Part shown: in pieces, positions 25,005 to 37,691 of the stretch | Layout: each line of letters begins with the position of its first letter | Numbering within the stretch: the stretch's first letter is position 1 | NCBI RefSeq assembly: GCF_018350175.1 | Contig: NC_058382.1 | Span: 52,516,001-52,580,000, forward strand | DNA: 64,000 bases | Source: Felis catus | Taxonomy: Eukaryota | Direction: 5' to 3' | Made by a program: the position numbers and the translations under genes | The notes under the pieces: generated by a model | What the model saw: the letters and a program-made list of their open reading frames with translations, nothing else | Told to the model about the DNA's origin: nothing | Databases searched by the model: none

Positions 25005-25300
25005 GGGAAAAGACTCTCCTTGAGCAAACTGTACTTGGCTCCCCTGAGCTCACTTCTCAACTAGGCCTCAACCTTGGCCCCATCCTTGCCGGGTCTGCAC
25101 AGCCCGGTCTTAGCGAGAATCCTGCTGAGTCAGGTTAGAGAGAATCCCGCCACCCTTGGTGTCCAGTCATCTAGGCCTGCCTTCAGTAAGAGTGCAGTCT
25201 GACTCCCCTATTGCTGTGGTCCTGACCTCTATGGAAACGTCCTGAATAAAGTCTTCCTTACCATTTTAACAGGTGTCAGAATAATTTTTTTTTTTTTTTA
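25005..25300 (+). mobile_element. MER31-like ERV1 LTR, internally deleted
   Basis: 'ctctccttgagcaaact...ttctcaactaggcctcaaccttggccc...agcgagaatcctgctgagtcag...cctgaataaagtcttccttacc'. Confidence 0.7.
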
Positions 25301-25309
25301 AAACACCCC

Positions 25310-25415
25310 ACCCAGTATACTGTGAACTCCTTGAGGGCCAGGGCTACGTGTTGCCTAGGGCCAGATACATAGTGCACGTGGTGGTCACGTAAGAAATGTT
25401 TGTTGAATGAATATC
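25310..25415 (+). mobile_element. L2 3' end
   Basis: 'actgtgaactccttgagggccaggg...aaatgtttgttgaatgaat'. Confidence 0.8.
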
Positions 25416-27499
25416 TGAAATTGTCAAGTGGAAATAGGACACATACACCGGTATGTTCATAGTTCCAAATTCAGAAAGATACCCCTGACCCCGTTCATTG
25501 TCTTCTCCCTTCCGTCTAGGCAATTTCCAGCCACAGTCTGGATGCGTGTATGAATAAACTTCTGCCTTGAAGTCCCTGAATTATTTAAGCGCTGCCAGTG
25601 ATTAGGTATGAACCGTATAGTAGAACGTATTGCATATGCATACACTTCAAGAGCATCCATCAGCCTACCCGGGATGGCTTGATGTTGTCTTTTAACGCCA
25701 CATCAATCCTTGGGTATTTTCAAATGTCACAGGTGGCCGAAGCCTGTGTGTTCAGTCTTCTGCAGGAGTCATCCGTTTGTAAAACCAGGCCCCTATCTAT
25801 ATGTCCCAACACCATTCCTAGACCCCCTTTGATAATCCTCACTGAGCAGACCCACTCGATACGTCGTCACTAATGGCTTCTGACTTCCTAAAATGTATTA
25901 ATGACTTCTTTTTGAAAGTAAGAGTGCTTTGAATACAAGTCTTTATTGCTTTACAAGTTCATAAAAGCAAAAGCATAGCATTTCCCTTGGTGTGTGTATG
26001 TCTAGAGGAATAGACGTGCACCCAGGGCCTGTGCTCGGCTGTGTGATTCCAGATTTCAGACTGCCTGGTAGAATCAGGCCCCTCTCGGAGTCTCAGTCCC
26101 GTCCGTCTTAGTTTGGTGGACTCCTTCCTTGCAAAAGGCTTGCAGTCATTTCATTTGAGAATGGCTCTATCACATGACCAGGACGATGGAAAGAAAACCT
26201 GGACTGTGTGTACAGGGTGTTTGAAAAGCATCACCTCCTTCCTTGCAGCAACCCTGCAGGAGAGAGCGGTCATTCGCTCTCAGTGTGTAGACGGGGAAAC
26301 CCATGTGCTAAGAAGGGGGCGTGGTTGAACTTGAGCCCTGGACTAACTTTCAGTAGCTTTCAGCGGTCCACCTCTCCACCCTGCTCTCAATCCTAATGGT
26401 GGGTGAAAAGAAGCAGCAGCTTTTATTTCCAAGAAGTTTTGAACTTGAAAGATTTTCTTCAAGACACGAGGAAACCACAGCTTCCTTGGCTGCAATACTC
26501 ACCAAAAGTGCACATTGCCTTTACAGAGATTCGTTTTCATCAATTCTCCAATTTGCAGGGAAACACTAGAGAGCAGTACCCAAAGTGGCTCCCATCTGGT
26601 TGACATCTGGTCATTAAGAATGGCTGCCTTTGGGTTCTAAGACATCTAACAAACTCTTACGGGTAGCACCTGTAGATTTATAGCTGTTCCTCTCAACGAC
26701 AAGAGCCATATTCCCGAATCCGCCCCCCCCCCCCCGCCCCCGTGTTTATTAAACTTTCCGTTGAGGATATAATGGGTCGAGGGACTAAGGTCACTAGCGG
26801 AGCCTCGTAAATATGTTATTTATGATCCCTATGGTACAAGAAGACCATCTTAATTTCATGCTTCTTAAACTAGGGTATGAGTATCCCTAGTTTTCCCTGG
26901 TGGAGTCCCAACTGCAAAGTTTACTGAAAGCCCCAGGAAATCAAAGCACATTTTCCTTAAGAGTCAACCTCTTTGGTGATCAAACCATATTGTTTAGAGC
27001 AAGACAGCAAAAAGAATGCCTCTTTTGCATGATTTTTTAATGATAGAACATGAGTCTTTAAATACACCTCTACCTCTGGGGATCCTCTTTGCTATGAGAG
27101 ATATGCCCATGGAAGGATTTGAAAGGCCGGCCATATGGACATCATATTATTCATTTTTATTTGCCATCCAGAGCTCGCCAGAAACCTTTTAGATCTCTCT
27201 CCTCCAAAGCTTCAGCAAGATGCTTGCGAAGGTCTGTTGCTTTGTTGCAGATAATGTGCACGTTGAAAAGCACTTATTTGCTCCCCTCTTGGGTCTTCAA
27301 CTCAGATGTTGACTGCCTTCCTGGTTTTGTGGCTGGGCAGTGTTGACCCTCACCTGCAGGTTTTTACCATGGTTCTAGAGACCCCCACCCACGCCCTCCG
27401 TTATACACACAGCATATACACACATCCTCCCATATACCATAGGGGTATACCTCTATATTCCTCTTCTTTTTCCCTCTGTTTCCTTTATCATTTCCAAGT

Positions 27500-27710
27500 T
27501 CAGATGATGTTGCCACCCTGGGGCCACCCGGCAGTGGCTGGAGACATTTTTGATTGTCACGCCAGGGTAGGAGTCGGGGGCAGTGCCATCATCACCCTAG
27601 TAGGTGGAGGGCAGGAATGCTACTGAATGTCCTGTGTTGCTCAGCCCAACCCCCACACAAGGAATTAGCCAACCCCAACTGCCAATAGTGTCGAGGTTGA
27701 GAAATGCTCT
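27500..27710 (+). mobile_element. MER20
   Basis: 'ctggagacatttttgattgtcac...ggcaggaatgctact...ccaatagtgtcgaggttgagaaa'. Confidence 0.85.
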
Positions 27711-28874
27711 TCTGGGAGAAGGTAGGATTTCATTCTTCTCTTCACTGCTGCAAATTATTAGTCAAGCTGTGAGTACGCTCCCTCGTTTTAGCCTAAAATT
27801 GTGGCTTAAGATCCGCGAAGTTAGATCATGTGATATGAGAACGAGTCAGTGGAGCTCATTGATGGGAGAAATTTACCCTTCCCACCTGGCAGGGAGGCAA
27901 CCCTATGTAAAAACATCAGGATTTAAAGACAGTTTAGAAGTGCGAAGGTCATGGGTTAGGGCTGGGGTCAAGGGGCCTGCGGTGAGCGTGATCCTTGCAT
28001 ACGCTGCAGCCGTGGTCTCGAGCGCCGCTGGACGTAGGGTACGACAGGAGCCCTGTTTTGGGGGGATCTTTCCTGGCTCTCGTCAGACAATATCCTTCAC
28101 TGTCAAGGGAGCTGCAGCCTCCACGGAGAAATGTTAGGCAACACGTCAGTCTCACTTTCCGTTGCTCTACTCCCGTATCCATTTGAAATTCAGTGCGAAT
28201 CCATAAATTCCACTTTGCTTCTGGTAGCAGCCCGCATGGTGTGTGTACTGAGCATTAGAAAAACAGTAAATCCAGCCCATTTATTCACATTAGCCAGCAA
28301 AGGCATCCTGCATGCCCATGTAAGTACCGGAAATTACTGACATGGCCTCCTAGACCATGAAAAGATGGAAACATATGGCAGGATTCATATGTGAACAGAT
28401 TGCTTTTTCTCCTAAGAACGCTTTATTAGAATATCAACTATTCTAGCTTACCGAAGGTACTCTTCCTGCTCTTGATTTAAGCCCCGAGTCACCCAGCACG
28501 CTTTTTGTTCCCCCTGCATTCTGCTGTGTATCTCACACCTACTCCTTGCTGTTTCTAAATGGCCTACTTAAACCTCGAGGTGGGTCCTTCAGTTTCCCAT
28601 AAATTAATAACACCTCTATGAATATTTTCCAGCCAATTTTTGAAGCCCCCGTCTGTTCCAAGTCCAGGACCGTAAAAACGGGGGATAGATAAAGCAAGCT
28701 GCTTCTTTCAAATGCTCTTCCAGGCTGAAGCGAAATATTATTAATCTAGACTGCCAGCTCCGTTGCTGCTCACGGGATTACAGGCACAAAGGTTTCATAA
28801 ATTTCAAATGAAATATGAACATTTGTTGTCAAAATATTGTTAAGCTATGAGAGCCCTGCTAGTATTACTTCCTC

Positions 28875-28897
28875 TTATTATTATTATTATTATTATC
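28875..28897. repeat. (TTA)n microsatellite
   Basis: Directly visible. Confidence 0.9.
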
Positions 28898-29581
28898 ATT
28901 TTTATTTTTATAGTATTTGTATCCACAGACATTCACACGGTCTGAGTTCTGGGGAGCAAAGCCTCCCCCTCCCCTCTCTTCCCCCATTCCTTCATAATCC
29001 TCTCTTGTGCCCCTCCCTTGTTTTACCGGCAGGAGACAGGAAATCAGACAGGCAAGGAGTGGTTTCCTCAATGAGTGAGTCCATCTTGCCATATCTGCCG
29101 TGTCTCTACCAGGATTGGGGGGGGGGGGCACCGATGCCCTTGTCTCTCCTGATACAGGTGGGTGGCGAGGGGCCCAGCCGACTTCACCAGAGAGTAACTC
29201 GAAGGTCCCACCTGTGAGGCTGCGGCCTGCCAAGGAAGGTTCAGGTGGCCGGATTAGAGACGGCAGAGCCAAACTGGGAAGGCAGTCTTTGTGGAGAGCA
29301 GCCAAGGTCACAGCTGGAAAGAGAACAGTGTATTCCAGATTGGAGGGGCAGTGCACGGACGGATCAGAGGAAGAAGAGCAATCGTTGTTAGCTAAGAGAA
29401 TCAAGAGCCAGATTGAAACCATGGCAAAAATGCAACTAAGTAAAATAAAATAATTAAGTACAGTAGAGCCATCTATTGGGCATTGGCCCAGTGCCAGACA
29501 TTTTAATGACACATGAGTTTGCACCAGATACGCTGTAGAAGGGCAGGTGGGACTCCCTAAAGACGCTCCACTGAGTTCGAT

Positions 29582-29760
29582 CAGAGTGGTTCTTAAAGTG
29601 GGGTCTCTGGACCAACGGCACTGACATCTCTTGTAACTTGTTAAAGACGCACGTTCTAAAGCCCTACCCCAGATCCAAATCTCCTGAATCCGCATCTCTG
29701 GGGGTGGCTTCTTTCCAGAAGCCCTCCAGGTGATTCTGATAGAGGTCAAGTCTGAGAGGC
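29582..29760. mobile_element. MER5A
   Basis: 'agtggttcttaaagtggggtctctggacca...aagccctccaggtgattctgat...aagtctgaga'. Confidence 0.85.
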
Positions 29761-29779
29761 AACAGGACAGGTAGGGAGC

Positions 29780-30170
29780 ACAGTAGAGGCTCTCTACACT
29801 GGGCATGGGAATCAGAAATACAGTTATACCACTCCGCTGCGCAAGTCTCTGCAGCTCTCTGTGCCTGGCAGCTTCTTCCAACAGGGAGATAATCATGCCC
29901 GCCTTTCTGACCTTACAGGATTTTTCTAGAATGATATAGTAGTTACGATGACAGCAGCTGAGATCCACATTCCCATTACTGTGTGCCAGTACTGTGCGCT
30001 GAGCACTCATTTCAGACACTCTGTGTTTGGATCCCCACAATAACCCATGAAGTGGGTGTGATTATTACCCTTGCTTAGTGTTGAGAAAACGGAGAGGTTT
30101 AGTAATTTGCCTGAGGCCATGCTGCTAGCAGGCAGGCATCACTCCATTCAAAGCTCACGTTAGCCTCTGC
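29780..30170. mobile_element. Two MIR fragments, tail-to-tail (+ then -)
   Basis: 'aacagggagataatcatgccc...ccttacagga' and 'actgtgtgccagtactgtgc...cacaataacccatgaagtggg...aatttgcctgaggcca'. Confidence 0.7.
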
Positions 30171-30693
30171 GTTGCTACATTATTTTACTGGATCAAGAGA
30201 GATAGTGTGTTTGAAAGGGCTTTATGGATTATAAATGCTATATGAAATCACGAAGTGATTTTGTAAAACATTTATGTGCTCACATATCATGTGTATTGCA
30301 CATTAATACCTATATTTCATAAAAAGGCTTATTTGATATATAATATTTGAAATATTTATTTATTTTATATAAAAATACTTTAAAAATCATCTTACATTGG
30401 CATTTTTCCTTGATGTTTCTTTTATATGGGATTCTGTGGCTGAGGGCAGTCCCATTTGTCACAAAGATTCACAACCTGAACTGGGTCAGAAAAGACAGAT
30501 GGGGTCTGGATTCAGTCACTGGTGTCAGCGAGGACCCAGCTTGGTTGACTCCTGACAAGCAGAGGGGAGGAGATCCAGGATCCAGATTGTTAATAGGGTT
30601 TTTTGGTGGCTGCTGGGGTAGCCTTGTGTGAGCAGAAGAGCATGTTGACCTAGGTTTTTAAAATTAAGATTCATTTCATTCACATCACAAATT

Positions 30694-30695
<2 letters not shown>

Positions 30696-30759
<64 letters not shown>

Positions 30760-30865
30760 TTCCTTCCTTCCTTCCTTCCTTCCTTCCTTCCTTCCTTCCT
30801 TCCTTCCTTCCTTCCTTCCTTCCTTCCCTTTCCTTTCCTTTCCTTTCTTCCTTCCTTCCTTCCTT
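30696..30865. repeat. (TTTC)n(TTCC)n microsatellite at the L1 poly-A tail position
   Basis: Directly visible; lies between the TSD and the L1 3' end. Confidence 0.95.
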
Positions 30866-31080
30866 CTATGAAATTTATTGTCACATTGGTTTCCATACAA
30901 CACCCAGTGCTCATCCCAACATCACTCCTCATCAGGGAAATACAAATCAAAGCCACACTGAGATACCACCTCACGCCGGTCAGAGTGGCTAAAATGAACA
31001 AATCAGGAGACTATAGATGCTGGCGAGGATATGGAGAAACGGGAACCCTCTTGCACTGTTGGCGGGAATGCAAACGGGTA
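30696..31080 (-). mobile_element. Short feline L1 insertion with 5' inversion
   Basis: 30866-30921 is the antisense L1 3' terminus; 30917-31080 is sense ORF2 ([36 protein letters not shown]); 15-bp TSD cacatca(c/t)aaatttc at 30681-30695 and 31081-31095. Confidence 0.93.
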
Positions 31081-31486
31081 CACATCATAAATTTCAAATC
31101 CTGGCTCTTCTTGATGGTTTTTAGTGCAACTTCCCAAAGATTATTGCTGTGCTCACAAGCCTAAGAAATTTTAGCAGCCAGTTTTGAGGAACTCTAGAGC
31201 AATGTTTCTGCTCACTTACGAATTTAGGTGGAGATCTTAAAAATATTAAGCCACATTCGTGAATTTGCTCTTTCAATTTCCTTTTCAAGCGCTGTAACTG
31301 ACAAACTTCCCAAGAAGCTAAATGATTTGTAGATAACTAATAAATATAATTGCAAACATGATTAACCTAAAGTTTTCTTAATGTTCTGATGCTTTTATAA
31401 ATATTTCGCCTGACGATCACAATTCTCTAGCAATTACCATTTGCGTATTTAAAATAGAAACTTATACGCTAATGCCTAAGCCTAGA

Positions 31487-31705
31487 ACAAGTGTTGGCAG
31501 ACTTTTTCTGCAAAGGACCAGATAGTATTTCCAGCTTTGCAGTTCAGATGGTCTCTGTCACAATTATTCAAGTCTCCCTTTATGTGAAAGCAGCCGCAGA
31601 TAGTATATAAATGAACAATCTGGCTGTAGTCCAATAAAACTTTATTCATAAAAACAGTGGTGGGCCCGATTTGGCCCAAAGACCTTGGTTTTCCCGGCTC
31701 TCCTC
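31487..31705 (+). mobile_element. MER58A DNA transposon
   Basis: 'ttggcagactttttctgcaaaggaccagatagt...ccaataaaactttatt...gggcccgatttggccc'. Confidence 0.9.
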
Positions 31706-31849
31706 CTGAAAGCCAAATTCAAACATTACAAGTCCATAATATACCACGTACCTGAAGATATGCCAATACAATAGCATATTTCTCTTGTTTTGATTATGCC
31801 AATATTTTTATGTTTAATTCTAACATAAAAACATTACTTTTTATGTTTG

Positions 31850-32030
31850 ATTCAAACACCGCCTGTCTGGGTTTAGAGTTAGTCCCTGCCATATCTAGCT
31901 GTGTGTCCTTGGGCAAGCAACTTAACCTCTCTGTGTTTATTTGGCTCATTTTAAAGAGGGAATCATGATAGTATTTATCTCACCGGGTGGTTGTAAGACC
32001 GGCATGCTTGATTATATGTTAGTCTTCCTG
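31850..32030 (+). mobile_element. MIR
   Basis: 'ctagctgtgtgtccttgggcaagcaacttaacctctctgtg'. Confidence 0.85.
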
Positions 32031-34894
32031 TGGTTAAACAACGTCTGTGCATTAAGGAAGCAAGATGTCTTACCAAACAATATTGGGGTTCCCTTGCCAT
32101 GCCATTTTTGGGACTGCTTTCTCAGCATACTGAGAATTCTTAACAACCAGGGAGGCTCCTGGCTGAGATGAGAACTGGTTTCCCATGGACACCTGGACTT
32201 CTAGGACAACCGCCTCTTTATGGACACGACGATTATCACTGATTCTATTTCCTAAAGAGGACAGATCACCTATTCTCTCTGCTCACTGACATCCCCACCT
32301 TCCACCACATGGCACCTTACTTAATTGAGGTTTGCATTTCTTCGGGATTTTCCATGTAATTGTCTTCCGGCCAACTTTAAATCACCTTTGAACTTGGCGG
32401 AATTCGGGGCTTTGTTCATATACCTTCTGTCTCTCCAGACCACAGAATGGTATTGGGGTATCTCTCGTGGGGTCATCTGACTTGCGGTCACATCTCCTAA
32501 GACACCGGTTCTTATAGGTAAGGGTGGCACTGGCCCCTCCCCGCACCTTTGGCATTTTTAAGCAGCCCAAGGTGACCAAGGCTCGCTGTGCCTCGGGGAG
32601 GGGAGGTGGCTGGGAGACAGGATGTGGAGTCTCGTCCTGCACGGCAGAGACGTGTCGCTCCTCAAGATGGCGGCAACACCCTCATCGAGAAACACTGTCC
32701 TAGGGCCGTCTTTCTGACAACACGCTAGTAGGTGGACCGGTGACCCTCACAGACACCTGACCACATTCTGGGCAGTGCAGCCTGCGCACATCAGAGACAC
32801 GCCAGGCCAGTGGGCCAAGAAACCACGAACCTGGGGAGGGGCCGGGCCAGCACTCCTATTTCCCCCCGGCAGACAGGACCATCCCTCCCTGCTCCACCAA
32901 CTTAGGCTTCCTCGATGTCTTTCTTAAGGCGTTTCCAGGTGAGCAGTGGGCCTCACCACAAACACCTCATGGGCACACCGGCCGTAGCCTTGAGAGCCAG
33001 GACTTGGAAGAGGGGCCTTCACTAGCATGGTGGGTGGCCCAGAACGGGCGCTTAATGAATAGTTATTGAATGATTTCCAGCTACCGGGAAGAAAGCTAAG
33101 CAGCACAGCACCCAAAGGATTGAAGTTTATTGAAAGTTGACCCAAAGGACTCTGGCAGAAAGAATCTCGAAAGGCAGGGGGCAAGGACTTGGCATTTATT
33201 AAGGGCCTTAAATGGGCGCCACCGTAGAGAGTAAGTGATGCGGGAAGAGCACAGTCCGGAGCCAGGCTGCCATGTGCAGCTGTGTGGCCTTGGGCCAGTT
33301 GTGCAGCTTCTCTGTGCCCAATCTCTTGATCTTTCAAGCAGCAGTGTGACACTAGGACTTCTCTCACGGTGAAAATGAAGCCTGCCAGGTTCTATAAAGC
33401 ACTTTTCACAGGGCCTGGCACATGGCGAGCCCCGCACAGCAGTTTGCCATGATTGTTTGGTGACCCTACTTTGTAGTCCCCCCAGCTCACGCCCTCCCCC
33501 ACCCCATTTGACACATGAGGAAGCTGAGGACCTGATGGCCCTCCGGCAGGTGGCAGCTTCAGAACGGGAGCCCGAGTCTGCTGCCCTTCATTCCATCTCC
33601 CTCCACCCCCCCCCATGTCTCCCCCACCTACCTCATTCTTTCCCCCCTTCCCCATGGGGGGCTCCCCGGAGAAAGAGAATACACAAAGGTCATGTGTCTG
33701 AACCACATCATAAACCAGGAATTAGGTTAAGCCATCCAGGACCATGGAATGTGATATGAGCCACCGTTTGGGGCTGCAGCGTGAGGTCCCCTCCATGGTG
33801 GCTCCACCCGCAGCGTGTGGAGCCGGAGGGAAGGCCTGCAAATGGCAGGCGAGAGGAGAAATGGCCAGTAGCCCTTCCTGACCACCACCAGCCCGTAGAG
33901 GAGCAAGTGACGCGATTCTTTTCTAGGTGCAAAGCCAAAGATGAGGAAGGAGAGGAACTGAGAACGTCAAGGAGACATGGAAGAGGAACCAGATGTGTTG
34001 TGGACACGTTTTCAGAGCATATTTAGAGGCAGCTGTGTGCTCTGGGGTCAGGGGAAACTCTTACTCAGAGCAGTTGCCCTCTCCAGTCCCATTTGAATTG
34101 CGCCACTCTCTGAGCGACAAAGGGCCCAGAGTGGGATTCCCTGAGAGCAGATGCCTTGGCAGTGCTCCCCCTTGCCCACCGTGCCCGCCTGCTGCAGTGT
34201 GGGGCTTCGGGAGCAGACACCCGCCCCAAAGCTTCTCCTGTAAGTCAACATGGAACTTTTTTGCTCCCTTCCCGAGGGGGATCAGTCTGAAAGGCAAGCC
34301 TCTGGAATTAGTGGGATCACAGACAGGGAAGGCTCCCCCGAGGACAGAGAATTAGGCTGAGGGCTGGAGAGACCTTGACTTTAGCCAGGAGGGAAATCAA
34401 GACCCAGGAGGGAGGAGGGAAGAGGGAGGAGGGAAGAGGGAGGAGGGAGGCCATCAGTTTCCATTTTCTTCTTCTCCTCTCCCCTCCTCCCTCCAGACAA
34501 GACCCGGTTCTTTTCTCGCTGTTTCGTAAGGACCCTTGGTCACGCAGGCAGCCATTCCCAGTGTTTGCCTCCTGTCCTGATTTCTGCTTCTCCCCACGCT
34601 CTCCTGTGAAAATTGCTAACAAGGTAGAAATTACAATCTCCATGAAGGAGGATAAAAAAGCCCCAGAAACCCCAAATGTCTGAATCTGGGCAATGGGGAA
34701 AATAAAATATGTTCCCAACTATCCCACTGACTTTGACCTCCTAAAGGGGAAGCATTTGCCTTATTTTGTTTTTTTTCTTTAATGCTCTGAGTTTCAGGCA
34801 GAGTTGTGGGCAAAGAGGTGGGTATGACAGAAGATTGTTCACACACGTGACTATGACCAGTCAATCTCAGCGGAAAGCCATTTGTGGACTTGAT

Positions 34895-35020
34895 TTGTTT
34901 ATTTTTAATTGTGGCAAAATATATGTACCATAAAAGTGACCCTTTTTAAGTGTGCAAATTCAGTGGCATTTCGTGCATTCACACTCTTGTGGGATTATTG
35001 CAATTATCCATCCGCAGACA
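34895..35020 (-). mobile_element. L1MB-like 3' terminus
   Basis: 'ttttaattgtggcaaaatata...tttttaagtgtgcaaattcagtggcatt'. Confidence 0.8.
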
Positions 35021-35384
35021 AACTTGACTCTTCAGTCTCCCAGCCGTGGGTGTCCGTTCTCGAGATGGTCCTCAGATCCTGGTGGAATTTTCTCTTTAAC
35101 CACCAGCAACTGCGTTGTCCTCACCTCTCTCTGAGCCTCAGTTTCTGTCTGTAAAATGGGAACTGTGCTCCCCACGCTGAGGCTGTATATCTTGAACTTG
35201 GTGAGATCGCATATGGGGGGGACCTCTAGACTTTGCTCACCTCCCGGACTTACTGGTGCCTCTTGAAATGGTAGCACATGACCAGTTGCCTGCATTTTCT
35301 CCTCTCCCTGCCCTTGTAGGACCCTTGGATGTACTTCCTGTACACATATGACATATGCTACATGTGGCGTCAAGGAGAATTCTG

Positions 35385-35386
<2 letters not shown>

Positions 35387-35419
<33 letters not shown>
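35387..35419. repeat. (TG)n microsatellite
   Basis: Directly visible. Confidence 0.97.
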
Positions 35420-35420
<1 letters not shown>

Positions 35421-36437
35421 ACGCGCATGCTGTGTGACTGCTCTCTGTCATTTGGGAACCCGTTAGGCACTGGCGGGGTTGGTGTGGGGACGGCCGCCAC
35501 TTGGTATCGTGGCCGCTCTGTCCATACAGTTTACAAAACTCTAATCCATACAAGCTGTTTGAAATTTCCATTAGGAGATTTGCACAAGTGGTTAAAATTA
35601 GTCATGCATTCTTGGTCTAAACTGCAGGAAGGGTATCTTTACTGTGAAAATGATTATGACAATGTTCAAACTGTGTAATAGTAAGCAGACAGTTTTCCGA
35701 GCTGCTGGGCGAGTTCTGGAAACGCTCTATTTATTTTCTCCCTACTGACTCCTTTCTTTCGGGCAAGACTGCCTGTGCGCCGCCTTGGAAAACAACTGGG
35801 GCCCAGCGATTCCAAAGCAGTGACATTGCGTGGCTTCATTTGTGAGCCTGGGCTAAGTCTTTTATTTCCTTGTTTAATTGCTGCTTCTTCCTCTAAAACA
35901 TGAAGCACGTTTGTTTTTGAGAGGCAGCCTTAAAAAATAGCAGCATTTCTGGTGCTCTCAACATAGCCCCCCCCCCCCCCCCCGCCCCCCGACCCGTTTA
36001 ACATTTCTAGAAGTCCAACACTGCTTCTGAGGTTAGGGCAGAGGCCGTGACTTTCTGTGAGCTGAAAATCAGCCGCCTGGTTCATTTAGTTACTTATTTC
36101 TTTTTAGCGCAGCCGTGTTTTTAGTGCCAGAGAAAAGGCTGTGATTTCTTTGATATTAAAAAGCCAACCACTTATATTTTTGAAAGCCATTTGCATTCAG
36201 TCTGACGGCCGCTAAAAATGTATGTGGGTTTTTCATCTGAGAGGTTTTCTCTATGCATATTGTTTACATTTATCAAATGTTGTTTTGCCCAGTACTTTAT
36301 ATTCATTGTAGCTTCCGGACCTCACTGACAACATGGTCTATATGAAAAACAAAACAAAACAAAGCAAAAAGAGTCAAAGGGTCTTCTTTTGAGAGGATAT
36401 GAAAATAAGGGAAAGCAAATGTGGCCATAAAAAAATC

Positions 36438-36510
36438 AATAAAATAAAATAAAATAAAATAAAATAAAATAAAATAAAATAAAATAAAATAAAATAAAAT
36501 AAAATAAAAC
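36438..36510. repeat. (AAAAT)n pentanucleotide repeat
   Basis: Directly visible. Confidence 0.97.
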
Positions 36511-37212
36511 AAAACACAAAAAACAAACAACAAACAAAAACCGAGCAGTGTTTCTGAGTGAAGCCTCGGTCTTTGTTTTGGTCTCCGTTTGCCAGCTGTC
36601 AGTCAAGCTCTCCTCCCCCTTACAGGGCCCACTAAGTTGACGTGAAGACCAGGCTCTGTCTCTGCTCTGAGCCTGCAGTTGTGCAGACTAAAAAATATGG
36701 GAGGATTCTGTGAAACAAATACTTAACATGACAGGAAAGGACTGGACAAAAGCCGATATTGCTTGGGATCACACGAACAAAACGGTTTCATATTTATTTG
36801 CTTTCTTGCTTCGAGTCCTTTGCATTTGGTGACTTTGTGTAATGCCTCCTGTGCCACCAGATTAAGACTGCTTCTGCGTGCCCTTGCATTAAAAATAATG
36901 CAAAAATAAAACCAAAAACCCTATTCCTGCAATTCTGGTATGTCGTCACTAGGTGGTGGTAGTGTATCTTTGTTAAGGAACCTGACCGGCTAGGAAGAGG
37001 CATTCACTTTTCACTAAAATGCATTTATTGAGAGTGGAGGGTGGTGCGGAGATATCAGTGAGTAAGATAGGTTTGTATCCTCAAGAAGCTTACCATGCAG
37101 TGAAATGTACTTTGCAGTCAGAGATGGTAGTTTTTCAAAAATTCAAATACGAATTTGTCCACATTCGATTATAAACATAATCACACCTTACTTATCACAA
37201 TACATGTTTATT

Positions 37213-37363
37213 GGGGCGGCCGGGTGGTTCAGTCAGTTAAGCATCCAACTCTTGATTTTGGCTCAGGTCACGATCTCACAGTTTTGTGAGTTTGAGCCCT
37301 GTGTCAGGCTCTGTGCTGACAGTGGGGAGCCCAGTTGAGATTCTCTCTGTCTCTCTTTCTCTG

Positions 37364-37409
<46 letters not shown>

Positions 37410-37472
37410 CCTCCCCTGCTCTCTCTCTCTCTCGGTCTCTCTCTCAAAATAAATAAATAAACTTAAAAAAAG
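37213..37472 (+). mobile_element. Can-SINE with expanded (CT)n
   Basis: 'ggggcggccgggtggttcagtcagttaagc...' followed by (CT)n and an A tail. Confidence 0.93.
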
Positions 37473-37653
37473 AATACAATTTTTCATTTAAAACATTTCC
37501 ATTGACAAGTCCCAAGTTTAATAAAGTTAAATAATATGTAATAAGGTTATCAGAAAATACCTTAGACATATATGTGCACCTTTTTTGATTAACATTTACC
37601 TGTATCCTTTTTCAGACTATCAGGGTAGCTTTTTGAAGACAGTTGCCTTTAAC

Positions 37654-37655
<2 letters not shown>

Positions 37656-37690
<35 letters not shown>
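37656..37690. repeat. (CA)n microsatellite
   Basis: Directly visible. Confidence 0.97.

Positions 37691-37691
<1 letters not shown>

Noticed and set aside
27604..28137. 177-aa ORF
   Set aside because: Begins inside MER20 at a non-ATG codon; no recognisable domain
30525..31164. ORFs with L1-like and RKEG-repeat peptides
   Set aside because: Explained by the L1 fragment and microsatellite; not host genes
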